NCBI GenBank assembly: GCA_020060385.1
Contig: JAGVAH010000161.1
Coordinates: 8,162-72,161, forward strand
Length of the DNA stretch: 64,000 nt
Direction of reading: 5' to 3'
Source: Syntrophobacterales bacterium
Lineage (GTDB): Bacteria; Desulfobacterota; Desulfobaccia; Desulfobaccales; 0-14-0-80-60-11
In this document: piece after piece, positions 46,649 through 59,400 of the stretch
Numbering within the stretch: the stretch's first letter is position 1
Layout of the letters: each line of letters opens with the position of its first letter
Notes under the pieces: generated by a model
What the model was told of the DNA's origin: nothing
Seen by the model: the letters and a program-made list of their open reading frames with translations, nothing else
Databases searched by the model: none
Translations under genes and position numbers: made by a program

Positions 46649-47368
46649 ATGCCCCACGATAAGCCTCATCGCACCATGGGCGATATCCTCAAAGAGATTT
46701 CAATCTCCCGCAACGCTTCAAAAGAGAAGTATTCTATTAAGGTTCCCAAAATTAAAATAGCGGAACCTGAAGACCTTTCCCCTGAACAGCTAAGTATTAT
46801 CAATAATGGGTTAAAAAATGGAGTCCTTTATCTGTTTCTTGATCATGATAATTCTGCTTCAACAATATCAGCGCCTTTAACTACTAAACAGCAGGATATT
46901 ATCAAACTCCTAAATAACACTAATAAGAGTCTTAAAGAATACGATGGATTAAATCATAAAGCGTGTAAACTATTAAAAGACGATAAACGATATTGTGAGC
47001 TAAGAGAGGAATACCTTGAATTGATGAAGGAAGCTGTTCGTGCTGGGCTACTTTGGCATCATTTAGTTCATGAGTTCATTTACACCTATAAAGCACTTGG
47101 TGATAAGGAGATTTTAAGAAAAATAAAGCGAGGTTGGGAAACAGATGTTCAACGCCCTCTTACGATAACTGACTTTTCGTTTATAAATCATCTCGAAAAA
47201 ATAGCAGAGTACAGAATAGAAGGTAAGTCATGGCCCCAGATTCGCCAGATTTTGATGAAGCACAGAATTATCAAAAAAATAACCTGGCAGGCGCTACGTA
47301 TGAAATTTAAAAAAGCCTGGGAAGAGGCATTCAAAGAGGTCAATAAAAAGCCTCCTCCCATTCCTTGA
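46649..47368 (+). CDS. Hypothetical protein (island cargo), possible C-terminal HTH
   Basis: 239 aa with a GGAGG RBS, in the most AT-rich stretch of the island. The C-terminal ...GKSWPQIRQILMKHRIIKKITWQALRMKFKKAW is HTH-like by eye. Confidence 0.68.
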   Translation: MPHDKPHRTMGDILKEISISRNASKEKYSIKVPKIKIAEPEDLSPEQLSIINNGLKNGVLYLFLDHDNSASTISAPLTTKQQDIIKLLNNTNKSLKEYDGLNHKACKLLKDDKRYCELREEYLELMKEAVRAGLLWHHLVHEFIYTYKALGDKEILRKIKRGWETDVQRPLTITDFSFINHLEKIAEYRIEGKSWPQIRQILMKHRIIKKITWQALRMKFKKAWEEAFKEVNKKPPPIP

Positions 47369-47553
47369 CCTTCATTTCCACCGAGATCCCCCCCTCCTTC
47401 CGGACTGTGAACAGCCCAAAAATTTTCTCGCCCTTTAACAGCAACACTCTCCGGTAAAAAAAGCACCACAACCATTTTGGCAGAAAAAAATTATTACCTG
47501 AATTTTCTGGTATGCCTGAGAAAGATCAGGCACATACAGGAGGTTTTAGTTTC

Positions 47554-47805
47554 ATGGAAACGGATCGTTATCTAACAACGGCAGAGGTGGTGCAAATTAC
47601 TGGGCGGGCATATCAAACTTGGGCGAATGAGAGATTTAACGGGCTTGGAGTGCCCTATTACAAGGTAGGGAGGAGCATACGTTATAAGTTGAGTGACATT
47701 ATCTCGTTTATGGAAAAACATCGGGTAGACCCCGAGGCCCGGTTATGTTCAGCAAATGTAGCGGGGGAAGGGGCTGACCAAAACGGCGACCATGTTGGCC
47801 GGTAG
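47554..47805 (+). CDS. AlpA/excisionase-like HTH DNA-binding protein
   Basis: AGGAGG lies 10 nt upstream of the ATG at 47554. METDRYLTTAEVVQITGRAYQTWANERFNGLGVPYYKVGRSIRYKLSDIISFME fits the MerR-superfamily excisionase/AlpA pattern. Confidence 0.65.
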   Translation: METDRYLTTAEVVQITGRAYQTWANERFNGLGVPYYKVGRSIRYKLSDIISFMEKHRVDPEARLCSANVAGEGADQNGDHVGR

Positions 47806-47816
47806 GGGAAGGCACC

Positions 47817-50144
47817 ATGGCCAGCATTGATACCATCCGCCTATCCCTTTCTTGTGGGCAGCCTGGGTGCGCCTGCGGGCAACCCCGGGGGCATGTCCAT
47901 TGCCCAGCGCATGATCCGATGCGCACTGATAAAACCCCTTCCCTCTCCCTTTCCGTAAGCGGGGCCGGCAAGATTCTGTTTCACTGTTTTAACGGTTGTT
48001 CCCAAGACCAGGTACATTCTGCCCTTGTAGGCATGGGGCTTTGGCCTTCTTCCGTCAAAGGGAAAAATTATAAATATAAAAAAAAGAAGCAAAATAAGGC
48101 TTCCGGTAAAGGGCGCAACACTGCAACACCCACCCAAAAGGCTAATAAAAAAAGAAAGTTGGGTGTTGTATCCACCACTGCAACACCGGGCAACAGTCCT
48201 GCGGCATCTCCCGGTCTTGGCCTAGCAGAACTGGCCGAAGCAAAGAAGCTCCCAGTTGATTTCCTGGCTGGTCAGGGTTTGACCGACAAAAAAGTGCAGG
48301 ATTCTCTTTGCGTAGTCATCCCCTACATGAACGAGGCCGGTGAAGTGGCAGCGGTGCGCTATCGCCATTGCCTGGAGGTAGGACAGCGCTTCTCCTGGCG
48401 CAAGGGCAATAAGGTCTTGCTTTATGGTCTCTGGCGGCTGTCAGAGGTCAGGAAGGCCGGTTGGGTGTTGCTGGTGGAAGGGGAAAGCGACTGCTGGACC
48501 GGCTGGCTTTTGCGTATTCCCGCTCTGGGGTTGCCGGGAAAAACCACCTGGCGGCCGGAGTGGGCCGAACACCTAAAGGGATTGAAGGTCTACCTCTGGC
48601 AGGAACCGGACGCGACAGAACTACCCGGGAAGGTCCTGCGAGACATCCCTCACCTGAAAGTTATTCAGTCCCCACCGGGATTCAAGGACCTGAACGAGGC
48701 GCACCTGAAGGGAGAAAATGTCTCGGCTTTGCTGAACAAACTCAAGGCGGCTGCGGTCCCGGCTGAGACATTGCGCCAAGCAGAGCGGGCAGCCAAGGCC
48801 AAGGAACTTGAAAAGGCTGCTTGGCCGATTCTGTCCGCCCGGGACCCTCTCGACCATGTGCGCCAAGCTGTTCTCTCTCAAGGGTATGGCGGCGACGTAA
48901 AGCAGCCCATCATCGTCTATCTGGCGGCCACGTCGCGGCTCCTGGCGATGAGGATTGGAGCCATGCCGGTACACCTGTTGCTGGTGGCTCAATCCACTGC
49001 CGGGAAATCTTATCTGCTGATGGTCATCTTAAAGCTTTTGCCTGGTGAAGCATACCATTCCATTGACGCCGGTTCCCCCCGGGCGCTCATTTACGACGAC
49101 GCTGACTTGCAGCACCGGGTCCTTGTTTTCGGGGAAGCCGATTCTTTACCTGCTGGCGAAGATAACGCGGGGGCCAGTGCTGTTCGTAATTTGCTTCAAG
49201 ACCACTGCCTTCATTACGACGTGACCGATAAAAATTCCGAAACCGGCCAATTTATGGTCAGGAAGATTCGCAAGCCTGGCCCTACCGTGTTGATTACTAC
49301 CTCCACGAGGCGATTAGGACATCAGTTTGATACGCGGGTCTTCTCTTTACCAGTGGCGGATACCCCGGAAAAGATTGGAGCGGCGCTTATGGCGCAAGCC
49401 GAACTCGAACTTAAGGGCGACATGGGCGACATGGTTTCCCATAATGCACTCATCGCCTTTCAAGGTTATCTCCAAGCCCTGGCCCCCTGGAATGTCGTGG
49501 TTCCATTTGCCAAGGAGCTTGCCGCCGAAATTAAACGCACGGCCACGGCCACCCGCATCTTGAGAGACTTTGCCCGGCTCGTTTCCTTGATTAAATCCGT
49601 GGCAATCATCCGTCACCGACATCGCCAGAGGGATGACGCTGGGAGGATTATCGCTCAGATTGATGATTACTCTACAGTTTTTAAATTGGTGGGGCCGATG
49701 TACGAGGCCACCTTGACAGGGGCCACAAAAGAACTGCGGGTCACGGTTGAGACCGTGGCAAAGATGCTGAAGAAACAAGAAAGCGTCACAGCCACCACCC
49801 TTGCGGTGCGTCTGGGCATACATCCAAGCACTGCATCACGCCGCGTGACATCGGCCATTAATATGAGGTGGTTAATCAACCGGGAAACTAGGCAGGGTTT
49901 GCCTTGGGCCTTGGAGATAGGGGAACCACTACCGGAGCCTCAAGGCTTGCCCGCCCCCGAGATTTTAACTGCTGCAACCGTTGCACCATTGCATTCACCC
50001 CAAAAAACCGCGCAACACTCACAACCTACCGAAAGTGTTGGAGATATCGCCAACCGTTGCACTGTTGCAGGCGTTACCGGAACTCTGACATGTCCAGTAC
50101 AGAAAGACGGTCAGGAGGAGTGCATTAAGGAGGTGGTACTGTGA
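47817..50144 (+). CDS. Primase-helicase-like replication protein (Zn-finger + Toprim + P-loop NTPase)
   Basis: 775 aa with N-terminal Cys/His cluster [10 protein letters not shown]...HCPAHD...FHCFNGC and a basic linker. The Toprim-like acidic motif is [12 protein letters not shown]. Walker A is [11 protein letters not shown] and a Walker B-like motif is [10 protein letters not shown]. Confidence 0.78.
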   Translation: MASIDTIRLSLSCGQPGCACGQPRGHVHCPAHDPMRTDKTPSLSLSVSGAGKILFHCFNGCSQDQVHSALVGMGLWPSSVKGKNYKYKKKKQNKASGKGRNTATPTQKANKKRKLGVVSTTATPGNSPAASPGLGLAELAEAKKLPVDFLAGQGLTDKKVQDSLCVVIPYMNEAGEVAAVRYRHCLEVGQRFSWRKGNKVLLYGLWRLSEVRKAGWVLLVEGESDCWTGWLLRIPALGLPGKTTWRPEWAEHLKGLKVYLWQEPDATELPGKVLRDIPHLKVIQSPPGFKDLNEAHLKGENVSALLNKLKAAAVPAETLRQAERAAKAKELEKAAWPILSARDPLDHVRQAVLSQGYGGDVKQPIIVYLAATSRLLAMRIGAMPVHLLLVAQSTAGKSYLLMVILKLLPGEAYHSIDAGSPRALIYDDADLQHRVLVFGEADSLPAGEDNAGASAVRNLLQDHCLHYDVTDKNSETGQFMVRKIRKPGPTVLITTSTRRLGHQFDTRVFSLPVADTPEKIGAALMAQAELELKGDMGDMVSHNALIAFQGYLQALAPWNVVVPFAKELAAEIKRTATATRILRDFARLVSLIKSVAIIRHRHRQRDDAGRIIAQIDDYSTVFKLVGPMYEATLTGATKELRVTVETVAKMLKKQESVTATTLAVRLGIHPSTASRRVTSAINMRWLINRETRQGLPWALEIGEPLPEPQGLPAPEILTAATVAPLHSPQKTAQHSQPTESVGDIANRCTVAGVTGTLTCPVQKDGQEECIKEVVL

Positions 50145-50443
50145 TGAACCCCGGCATTGCGGCGGTGAAGAAGCTGGTAGCCATGGGCTACCGACCCCAT
50201 CTGGAAGGCGACAACATTCGCTTGCGGCATGAAGGCCAGGGGGCCCCGGCCCCTGCCCAGGTTTCCCCCCTCCTGGACGTGGTTAAAGCTCACAAAGACG
50301 AGGTGCGCCACTTCCTCAAATACTACTGCCCCCGATGCGGCGGCGCGGCCACCTGCCCGGATTACGAGGGGCGGCCCTTGTGCCTATCGTGTGATTGGCA
50401 GGAGCTAACCCGCCTTTATCCAGCTTTGAGAGTGAAGCATTGA
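50144..50443 (+). CDS. Hypothetical protein (island)
   Basis: AAGGAGGTGG lies 7 nt upstream and the ATG overlaps the primase stop. It contains CPRCGG...[15 protein letters not shown] (a 4-Cys zinc-ribbon-like element). Confidence 0.6.
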   Translation: MNPGIAAVKKLVAMGYRPHLEGDNIRLRHEGQGAPAPAQVSPLLDVVKAHKDEVRHFLKYYCPRCGGAATCPDYEGRPLCLSCDWQELTRLYPALRVKH

Positions 50444-50486
50444 TTACCGTCAACACTGAGGGTCTATTCTATTAGGGAGGCAGACC

Positions 50487-51485
50487 ATGCCTGAAGATGT
50501 GCAAGAACCACAACCAATTTCACCTGAAGGAATAAAAGAAAATCAACCCTCCACGTCTAGCTTAGCGGATGTGGCCCGGAAATGGCTGCAAATCCGGGAC
50601 GCCATTCATCAAGCCACAGCGCGGGGGCTAGGCCGCTGGTTGGCGGGCCCAGGCAATCCACGCAGAATTTTAAATCCGTTCCTCGGACTAGGTGGCCCCG
50701 GGCCAGGTAAAGCTTACGGTCCCGGGGGATTGAGGGGCGTGGGGGCGATGGGGGGCAGGTTAAGAGTCACCGAGGATGAAGGCTCCCGCCCCATGGTTTC
50801 TTTACGCGAGGTGGCCTTGCGTAACCCCCTAATCCAGGAAAGCAAAATTAAGGTGGAAGACCTGCCTTTCGGGGTACCTGGACAAATCAACTATCAAGAC
50901 CCGCTACGACCCACAATTACACTGGCCCCGCTTGTTAGCCCTTATACCGACCCCGGCGCCACCGCAGTCCATGAGCTGCATGGTCATGCCATGCATGGCC
51001 CAGCCGCTTGGCGGGCGAGGGACCTGGCGGAAATGGAAAGAGTTATTAGGCCCCAAGCAGAGGGCATGGCGGAAGGAGTGGTTAAGAATTTGTATGGGGC
51101 CATAGCACCTCCATCGGCCTATGATCAAATTTACGGCGGTGATCAGAATTATCAGATAGCTAAGGCCCGGGGTGAATTACTGCCCCAGTATATCGCTGAA
51201 ACCGGTAAAGTCTCCCCTTGGCAGGTCGTCCAAAATGTTATCTTTGGCCGGCCACCTGCATCTCCGGAACCAAAGCCGGAAACCCCTGTAGCCCAGGAAC
51301 CCCCGAAAAATCAACCACCCTCTCCGAGAGGTGCTCTCCGGGCCTTCGGGATCAAGCCCAGGCAACCTGAAGTCCTTGGGCCTGTAGGTGGATCATCTTC
51401 CGGCGATTTGAAACGGAAGGCATTCGGGATAAGGCCCACGTCCGCTGAAAGGTTGGAGGAAATGTTTGGCAGGATGTGGGATTGA
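50487..51485 (+). CDS. Hypothetical protein (island)
   Basis: 332 aa with a GGGAGG RBS. It contains HELHGHAMHG (an HExxH-like motif). No family recognised. Confidence 0.6.
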   Translation: MPEDVQEPQPISPEGIKENQPSTSSLADVARKWLQIRDAIHQATARGLGRWLAGPGNPRRILNPFLGLGGPGPGKAYGPGGLRGVGAMGGRLRVTEDEGSRPMVSLREVALRNPLIQESKIKVEDLPFGVPGQINYQDPLRPTITLAPLVSPYTDPGATAVHELHGHAMHGPAAWRARDLAEMERVIRPQAEGMAEGVVKNLYGAIAPPSAYDQIYGGDQNYQIAKARGELLPQYIAETGKVSPWQVVQNVIFGRPPASPEPKPETPVAQEPPKNQPPSPRGALRAFGIKPRQPEVLGPVGGSSSGDLKRKAFGIRPTSAERLEEMFGRMWD

Positions 51486-51520
51486 TCTTTTAGCTTCTTC
51501 AATAAGGAGCTTCGAAGCCA

Positions 51521-52072
51521 ATGACCAGCAAAGACGAAAACACTGTTAATGGCAGGAAGAAGCCGGTTTTTCTTTCTGATCTCACCAAGCGCTTCAGGAT
51601 TGTCTTGGAAGAAGGGTCTGAGCGTGGGGCCGATCATCTGGGTTTCTGCCAACTAATACCTTGCAAGGGGTTTAGGCCCGGGCCAGGGCAATCAGGTCCG
51701 TTCATTGGGCTCCATTCAGAGGCCCCGCTGGTCTTAATGCTTTACACAGACAGGGTCCAGAACGCCAAAAACATATGGAACGCTATCGAGCAGCGTCCTG
51801 GGACCCGGGCTGATTTCGCTCTTGACGGCGAAGCGTTAATCTTCTTTGGCCCCGAACTTTTAAAGATAGTGGCGGAGATGGCCGGTGGACGGAAGCGGCG
51901 GCAGCTTTCAGCAGAGCACCGGGCAAAATTGGTGGAGGCCGGGAAAGCGGGTAGGGCGGCCTTAAAAAAATGGCGGGCGCAAAGGGTACAGAGTCAAAAT
52001 TCGACCCCAAATGAGGCTCCAGGACCCCAGGCAATGGAAAACGATGTTGGGATTGGGGGGAGCGTTTTTTGA
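51521..52072 (+). CDS. Hypothetical protein (island)
   Basis: 183 aa with an AAGGAG RBS. No family recognised. Confidence 0.55.
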   Translation: MTSKDENTVNGRKKPVFLSDLTKRFRIVLEEGSERGADHLGFCQLIPCKGFRPGPGQSGPFIGLHSEAPLVLMLYTDRVQNAKNIWNAIEQRPGTRADFALDGEALIFFGPELLKIVAEMAGGRKRRQLSAEHRAKLVEAGKAGRAALKKWRAQRVQSQNSTPNEAPGPQAMENDVGIGGSVF

Positions 52073-52334
52073 GTGGCCCAAGGAAAGGGCAAGGGAGAAA
52101 ACGGGGGCCGCGGCGAGTGATGTCCCTTCCGAACTCCTTAAAAGAGTCCAGAAGTCCCCCCTCTTTACGCCCGAGGCGTCTCCGCGGCCACCTGCTTCGG
52201 GAAAAGAGCGAACCCGTTTCAGCCATGGCCGGCCCATGGCTTCCCTTTGCGAGTGATCCTGAAAATGTGGCCGGTCAGGGCACCCCCAACGCTCAGGGCC
52301 AAAGCAAGTTAATTTTATCATCGGGAGGTGATCA

Positions 52335-52631
52335 TTGCCATACGCGGATGTTGAGAAACGGCGAAAATTTCAAAGGCGGTACAAGAAAGCCTGGAGGAGA
52401 CGACAGGCCGCCAAGGTCAACCCACTCCGGGCGGTGAAAATTTACGTCTGCCCAAGGTTCCCATTTCTCCGGGTGGGCCGGGCTCAGTTCGATGGGGGGT
52501 TTTTGATTACGGATCGGTTTGAGGTTCAGGTGGAAGTGGAACAGCATCCAGAGTTCGGAAAATTCATATTCCCCATCGCCCTGGATTTGGACCTGGTCTC
52601 CCCGCTCATCGCTAACGGTGCGGACGAGTGA
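52335..52631 (+). CDS. Hypothetical protein (island), basic N-terminus
   Basis: 98 aa with a TTG start preceded by GGGAGGTG. The N-terminus KRRKFQRRYKKAWRRRQAAK is basic. Confidence 0.45.
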   Translation: MPYADVEKRRKFQRRYKKAWRRRQAAKVNPLRAVKIYVCPRFPFLRVGRAQFDGGFLITDRFEVQVEVEQHPEFGKFIFPIALDLDLVSPLIANGADE

Positions 52632-53255
52632 ATTCCTATTTTTAATAACGCCTTAATTTCAATAACTTTTGGCTAATTTTTCTTTGTTTTCAATAAATTT
52701 CCGGACTTTTGCTATCTTTTTGCCATGTCTCCACCCCTTATTTTCTCCTGTCCACCCTTCCATTTTACTGCCAGGAAAAGCAGCAATAGAGCAACTTTCA
52801 AGGATTTCTACCCTCATCAACTATTTCCCCCCAAGGGAAACAGGGGGTTTTTCTTCATTTTTCTTCTGGGGGTTGTAGGGGTATTTTACGATTATTTATC
52901 TAATAATATTCTTTATTTAATCCATTATCTCTCTATATAAATTATATTATCTAGGTTTCATCCAGATATAAAAACCAGGGGCCGGGCATGGTCAGGTGAT
53001 TAGCTCCGCGGCCAGGGGTAGCAGGATTCTTTCATGGCCTGGTAGCTGGTGTTCAAGGCGGGCTCCATCAGGACAATGGCGGCCAGGCGCCGGGCCATGT
53101 TCATGACTTCCCGGGCTTCATCCATGCTGTTGGAGCGGCCCAGCGGGGAGCCCCCTATCCCGCCAAGAGTCATCCTTGTTTCTCCGATCCATTATTCCCC
53201 CTATAATCGAAACCTGTTATAATGAAAGGGCAATTCGGCCAACGAGGAGAGGATT

Positions 53256-53477
53256 ATGCCGTACGATCTCCTTCCCGCGAGTAGCGTCGCCTTGCCTACT
53301 GACGATACCATAACCGGGTATGGTGGCAACCCCGGCACTGATAAATACAGCATCTTCATGGCGCCCATCCTCCTCCTGAAGCGTTGCCCTGTGGATTATA
53401 ATTATATCCCCTTTTCCTTGGACCCTGGTAACCCGGAATCATCACTGGCCAGCAACCCCTTAAGATATAAAAATTAA
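53256..53477 (+). CDS. Possible small hypothetical protein
   Basis: 73 aa with GAGGAGAGG 5 nt upstream of the ATG. No family recognised. Confidence 0.35.
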   Translation: MPYDLLPASSVALPTDDTITGYGGNPGTDKYSIFMAPILLLKRCPVDYNYIPFSLDPGNPESSLASNPLRYKN

Positions 53478-53493
53478 ATGGTGGACGTGCCCT

Positions 53494-56400
53494 ATGTTCC
53501 CCTTTTTCCTCAGCTTGCGTTTTCGCTTGTTTGGACTGGTGGGCCTGGCCTTGCTCCCGGCTTTAGGATTTATTTTGCACCATGCCTATGAACAACAAAA
53601 AAGGGTGGTGGTGGAGGCGCAAGATGAGGCTGTCCGCCTGGCGGACCTGAACGCCTTGCATCTGGAGCAGATGATAGGGGGCGTGCGCCAGTTGGTCGTG
53701 GCGCTGGCCCAGATAGCCCAGGTCAAGGATACGCCGGAATTCCAGAGGGCCGACTTCCTGGCGAAACTTCTCAAGCAGTACCCGTATTATCATATCCTCG
53801 GTGTCGTCAATATGGACGGCAGCCTGGCTTGCAGCGCGCCTCCAGCGCCCCCCCACCAACCTATGAATTTCGCCGACCGCCCCTGGTTCAAAAAGGTGGT
53901 GCAAACCCGGCGGTTTTTTGTAAGCGACCTGCAAACCAGCCGGGTAGTGCCGGGCAGAAGGGACGTGGTCTTCGCCCATCCCGTTCTTAACCCGGAAGAT
54001 GAACTGGTGGGGGTGGCCGGGGTGTCCTTGAGTTTAAAGTGGCTCGGGGAAATGGCGGCTAAAGCCAACCTCCCCCCTGGAGCAGTCTTGCTGGTCACCG
54101 ACCGGCGGGGCAACATATTAGCCCGCTCTGCAGAATCCGTAAAGTGGGCCGGACAACCGGCACCAGGTTCTCCTTTGATTGGGACTATCTTACAGCAGCG
54201 CCAAGGCTTGGCGCAGGTGGCCGGTCTGGATGGAGTATCGCGGCTTTATGCCTTTCTGCCGGTATATCGTCAGGAAGGACCGCCGGAGCCGGATGTCGCC
54301 ATGTATGTGGCCGTTGGCCTTCCCACGGAGATGGCCTTTGCCGCAGTTAACCGGACCTTGGTTGACAACCTTGCCGTCATTGGCCTCATCACAATCCTGA
54401 TTTCCATCCTTGCCTGGTGGGGCGGCAATCTCTTGGTCCTGAAACCGGTGCAGGCCCTGGCCGGGACTGTGGCGCAATTGGCCTCCGGAGACTTGAGCGT
54501 ACGCACTAACTTGGGAGGCGGACCGGATGAACTGACTCGCTTGGCCGGGGCTTTCGACCGCATGGCGGATAGCTTGCAAAGGAGGGAGGCGGAGCGGGAC
54601 CAAGCCGCCAGCCGGGTGGCGATCCTGAACCGGCTGTATCTGGTGCGCAGCCGCATCAATGCCGTCATGGTGCGCACCCGTGATCCCCAAAGGCTTTATG
54701 AGCAGGTGGTGGGCATCGCCGTGGAGGAGGGCGGGTTCCGCATGGCCTGGGTGGGGGAAGTGAACCAAAAAGCCCACCGGGTGATGCCGGTGGCCCAAGG
54801 CGGCCACGTGGACAACTATCTCGACGGCATCATCATTTCCACCCTGGATGTCCCGGAAGGCCGGGGGCCCACCGGCACCGCCGTCCGGGAGGACCGGATG
54901 GTTTTTCTCAATGATTGGGAGCAGGATCTCCAGATGGCCCCCTGGAGGGAGTCTGGCATAAAACGTGGCTACCGCTCCTCCGCAGCCTTTCCCCTGCGCC
55001 TGGACCACCAGGTGGTTGCGGTTCTCTCCCTTTACGCCGGCACCCCCGATTTTTTCACCGCCGAAGAGGTGGCCTTGCTCACAGCCTTGTCCGACGACCT
55101 CTCCTTCGCCCTGGAGGCCATGGGCCAGGAGAGGCAGCGGCGGGAAGCGGAGGCGAGACTGAAAAACCAGATGGAATTTGTCACCACCCTTCTGGAGACC
55201 ATGCCTACCCCGGTCTTTTACAAGGATGCCGCAGGCCGCTATCTGGGCTGCAACCTGGCCTTCGAGGAATTCTTCGGCCAGCCCCGGGAAGAGATTGTCG
55301 GCAAGGATGTCTACGACATGGGGCCGCCGGAAATCGCCGGTAAATACGCGGCCATGGATCAGGCCTTGTTTAACCAGCCCGGCAAGCAAATGTATGAATG
55401 GAAAGTAATGGCCGCCGATGGGGCGGAAAAAGAGGTGATCTTCAACAAGGCCACTTTCTCGGACGCCAGCGGCCAGGTTGCCGGTCTGATCGGAGTGATC
55501 CAGGACATCACCGCGCGCAAGCAGACGGAAGAGGCGCTACGGGAAAGCGAAGGGACGCTGCGGACCCTCATTAACGCCAACCCCGAAGGGCTCTTTCTTA
55601 TGGACTCCGAGGGGATCATACTGGCAGCCAACGAGACCATTGCCCGCAGATTAGGAAAAGACGTGGAGGAACTGGTGGGCTCCTGCGTCTACCAATTTCT
55701 TCCCCCGGACACGGCCGCCAGGAGAAAAACTATGGTGGCTCAAGCTGTTGCGTCCGGCGCACCCCTCATTTTTGACGACCAACGGGGGGACCGGTTCATT
55801 GACAACCGGATCCACCCTATCCTGGACGCGGACGGCAAGGTGAGAAGGGTGGCCGTCCTGGGCATCGACATCACCGCGCGCAAGGAGGCGGAGGAGGCCT
55901 TGCGGGCCGCGAGCCGCAATTGGCAGACCACCTTTGACGCCATCAGCGACGGGGTGGCCCTGTTGAACCGGGAGAGCCGCATAGTTCAGGCCAACCGGGC
56001 CTTTCTGGACTTGGTGGGGAAAGAGGCGGCAGAGGCGGAGGGCCGCCACTGCTGGGAATTGGTCCACGGCACTGAAGCCCCCATTGCGGATTGCCCCCTG
56101 GTGCGCATGTGGCGGAGCCGCCGCCGGGAAACCCTGGAGTTGGCTGTGGGGGAACGCTGGTTCCTGGCAACCGCAGACCCCATTCTGGATGAGGCCGGGG
56201 AAGTCACCAGTGCAGTGCATATTATCGCTGACATTACTGACAGTAAAAAGGCGGAGGAGGCTATACGGGAGAGTGAGGAACGGTTCCGCCTGGCCTTTGA
56301 GAGCGCCAATGTGGGCATGACCCTGGTTGGGCTGGATGGCCGCCACCTGCAGGTCAATCCTGCCCTGTGTAATATGGTGGGCTTCCGGGAGGAAGAGCTT

Positions 56401-59400
56401 CTGGGAATGTCCGTCCAAGAAACTACCCATCCGGATGACCTGGCTGTTAGTAGGGATTTCATTCAGCGGGTCATGGCCGGGGAGATCAGCGCGGGCACCT
56501 TCGAGAAAAGGCACCTGCACAAGAGTGGCCGGGTGGTTTGGACCCGCGTTTCCAGCGCTCTGGTTCGTAATGCCCAGGGGCAGCCTCAATATTTTATCTC
56601 CTTAGTGGAGGACATCACTGCACGCAAGCAGGCGGAGGAGGAACTGGCGGCTATCAAGACCCGGTTAGAGAAAACCTTTGCCGTCATGGGAGAGATGGTG
56701 CTGGTAACGGATCCGGCAACCCGCACCATCACCGCTTGCAATCAGGCGGTACAAGACATCTTCGGTTACCGCCCGGAAGAGGTTATCGGGCGCAACACCG
56801 AGTTCCTTCATGTGCACCGGGCCGCTTACGAGGAATTCGGCCGCCTGCTATTCCCCGCCCTGGACCGGGACGGCCGGGTCGCTTTTGAGTTTCAGATGAA
56901 GCGCCGAGACGGCAGCCTCATCTCCTGTGAACATTCGGTGACGGAAATCCTGGACGAAGCCGGGCGCCGTACCCATTTGGTGGGGATTATCAGAGATATT
57001 TCGGCGCGGCGACGGGCCGAAGCGGAACGCGACCGTCTATTCAATCTCTCCATAGATATGTTGTGTATCGCTGGCTTTAATGGGTTCTTCAATCAAGTTA
57101 ATCCCGCCTGGAGCAAGACCCTGGGCTGGACCGAAGAGGAACTGCTGAGCAAGCCCTGGCTGGAATTTGTGCATCCTGAGGACCGTCAGGCCACTATCGC
57201 CGCCGGGGAACGACTGATCGCCGGGGAGGCGGTCTATGCTTTCGAGAACCGTTATCTATGCCGGGACGGCACACATCGCTGGCTTTCCTGGAATTCGTTC
57301 CCTTTGCAGGAAGAAGGTTTGATCTTTTGCGTGGTCCGAGACGTCACCGAGCGCAAGCTTGCCGCAGAAGCCCTGCTCCGGGAGAAACAATTCTCGGACA
57401 TGGCCATCGAGAGTCTGCCCGGAGTGTTCTATTTATTTTCCGCGGATGGGAAATACCTGCGGTGGAATGCCAATTTGGAGCAGGTCACCGGCTATACCGG
57501 GGCCGATTTTGCCGGGATGCTTCCCTGGGATCTCTTCCGGGGGCCAGAACGGGAGAGAACGGCCGCGGCCTTCCAGGAGGCCCTGCAAAAGGGAGAAGTT
57601 GCCATAGAAGCGGAGCTGGCCGCCAAGGACGGCGGCCAAACCCCGTATCTCTTCACCGGCCGGCGGGTTGAGATCGGCGGCACGACCTGCGTGTTGGGAA
57701 TGGGGATCGACATCACCGCCCGCAAACAAGCGGAGGCGGCCCTGCAGGAAAGCGAGGCGCGTTTCCGGAACCTGTTTGAACAGGCCAGCGACGGCTTTTT
57801 TGTCATTAACGCGGATAACCATTATTTAGATGCCAATACCCAAGGGCTCGCCATGCTGGGCCACACCCGGGATGAACTCCTGCAGATGAACGTGGCCGAT
57901 GTCCTGGTGCCCCCCGAACGCCCCCGCCTGGAGGTGGAGCCGAAGCTGATGATGGCCGGCCAGCTGCACCTGGCTGAATGGGAACATCTGCGTAAAGACG
58001 GCTCGACTTTTTGGGGGGAAGTCAGCGCCCGCAGGGTCACCGACCAGTACTATCTGGCCATCGTGCGCGACCTGACCGAACGCAAAGAGGCAGAGGCGGC
58101 GTTGCGGCAGAGCGAAGAACTCTACCGTTCCCTGTTCGAGAACATGCTCAACGGCTTTGCTTACTGCAAGATGCTCTTTGAGAATAACCAGCCCCGGGAC
58201 TTCATTTACCTTGACGTCAACCAATCCTTCGAGGCTTTGACCGGTTTGAAGGACGTGGTGGGGAAAAAAGTATCCGAAGTCATTCCGGGAATCCGGGAGT
58301 CTGATCCGGGATTACTTGAAACTTATGGCCGGGTGGCTTTGACCGGCCAACCCGAGAGGTTTGAAATCTATCTGGAAGCCTTGCAGATGTGGTTTGCCAT
58401 CTCGGTGTACAGCCCGGGAAAAGAATACTTTGTGGCCGTATTTGACGTGATCACCGAGCGCAAACAGGCGGAAGAGGCCCTGCGCCATGAGAAGGAACTC
58501 TCGGATTTCATCATCAACAGCCTGCCGGGGGTTTTTTACCTCTATGATGAGCAGCTCCGTTTTCTCCGGGTGAACCGGAAATTTGAAGAGGTTCTAGGCT
58601 ACTCCGCCCCAGAGATCGCCAACATGTCTCCCCTGGATTTATTTGAGGGACCGGACCGGGACCTCGTGGCCCAGAGGATCGAGCAGGTGTTCAATGAGGG
58701 AGAAGGAGAGGTCGAAGCCTTCTTTGTGACTAAGGAAAGGGATCACATCCCTTATTATTTCACCGGGTTACGGACCATGATAAACGGTAAGCCGCACCTG
58801 CTGGGGGTGGGGATCGACATCACCGCCCGCCGGGAGGCGGAGGCGGCGCGGCGGCAAAGCGAAGAGCGCCTGCGCCTGGCCGTGGCCGCCTCCGGCACCG
58901 GCCTTTGGGACTGGGACCTGCGCACCAACCGGGTCTATTTCTCCCCTGAGTGGAAGAGACAGCTCGGTTACGAAGACCTTGAGCTTCCCAACCGTTTTGA
59001 AGAGTGGGAGAGCCGCCTGCACCCGGAGGACCATGACCGGGCGGTGGCCACCGTGCAAGCCTACATTGAAAATCCCTGGCCCGATTATGAGATAGAGTTC
59101 CGGCTCCGGCACAAAGACGGCTCCTATCGCTGGATTCTAGCTAAAGCCGACCTCTACTTTGATGAAACGGGACGGCCGGTGCGCATGATGGGCTCCCACC
59201 TGGATATCACCCGGCGGAAGCTGATGGAGCAGGAACTGGAAGAGGCCAGCAAGCAATTGCGGGGGCTGGCGGCCAGGCTGGCGGAATCCGAAGACGCGGA
59301 ACGGAAGAGGCTGGCCCGGGAGCTGCATGACCAGGTGGGCCAAAATCTCACCGTGCTCAGCATCAACCTCGACATCGTTAAAGGCCAATTGCCCGAAAAG

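Noticed and set aside
52669-52940. Two overlapping plus-strand ORFs (69 and 71 aa) in the AT-rich right end of the island
   Set aside because: The Phe/Leu/Ile-rich products are typical of AT-rich non-coding DNA, and there is no RBS. The region is more likely an island end or regulatory DNA.
53000-53173. 57-aa minus-strand ORF (MTLGGIGGSPLGRSNSMDEAREVMNMARRLAAIVLMEPALNTSYQAMKESCYPWPRS) with GGAGAAA upstream
   Set aside because: It is short and recognises no family. It sits at the uncertain island/chromosome boundary. The support is not enough to list it as a feature.
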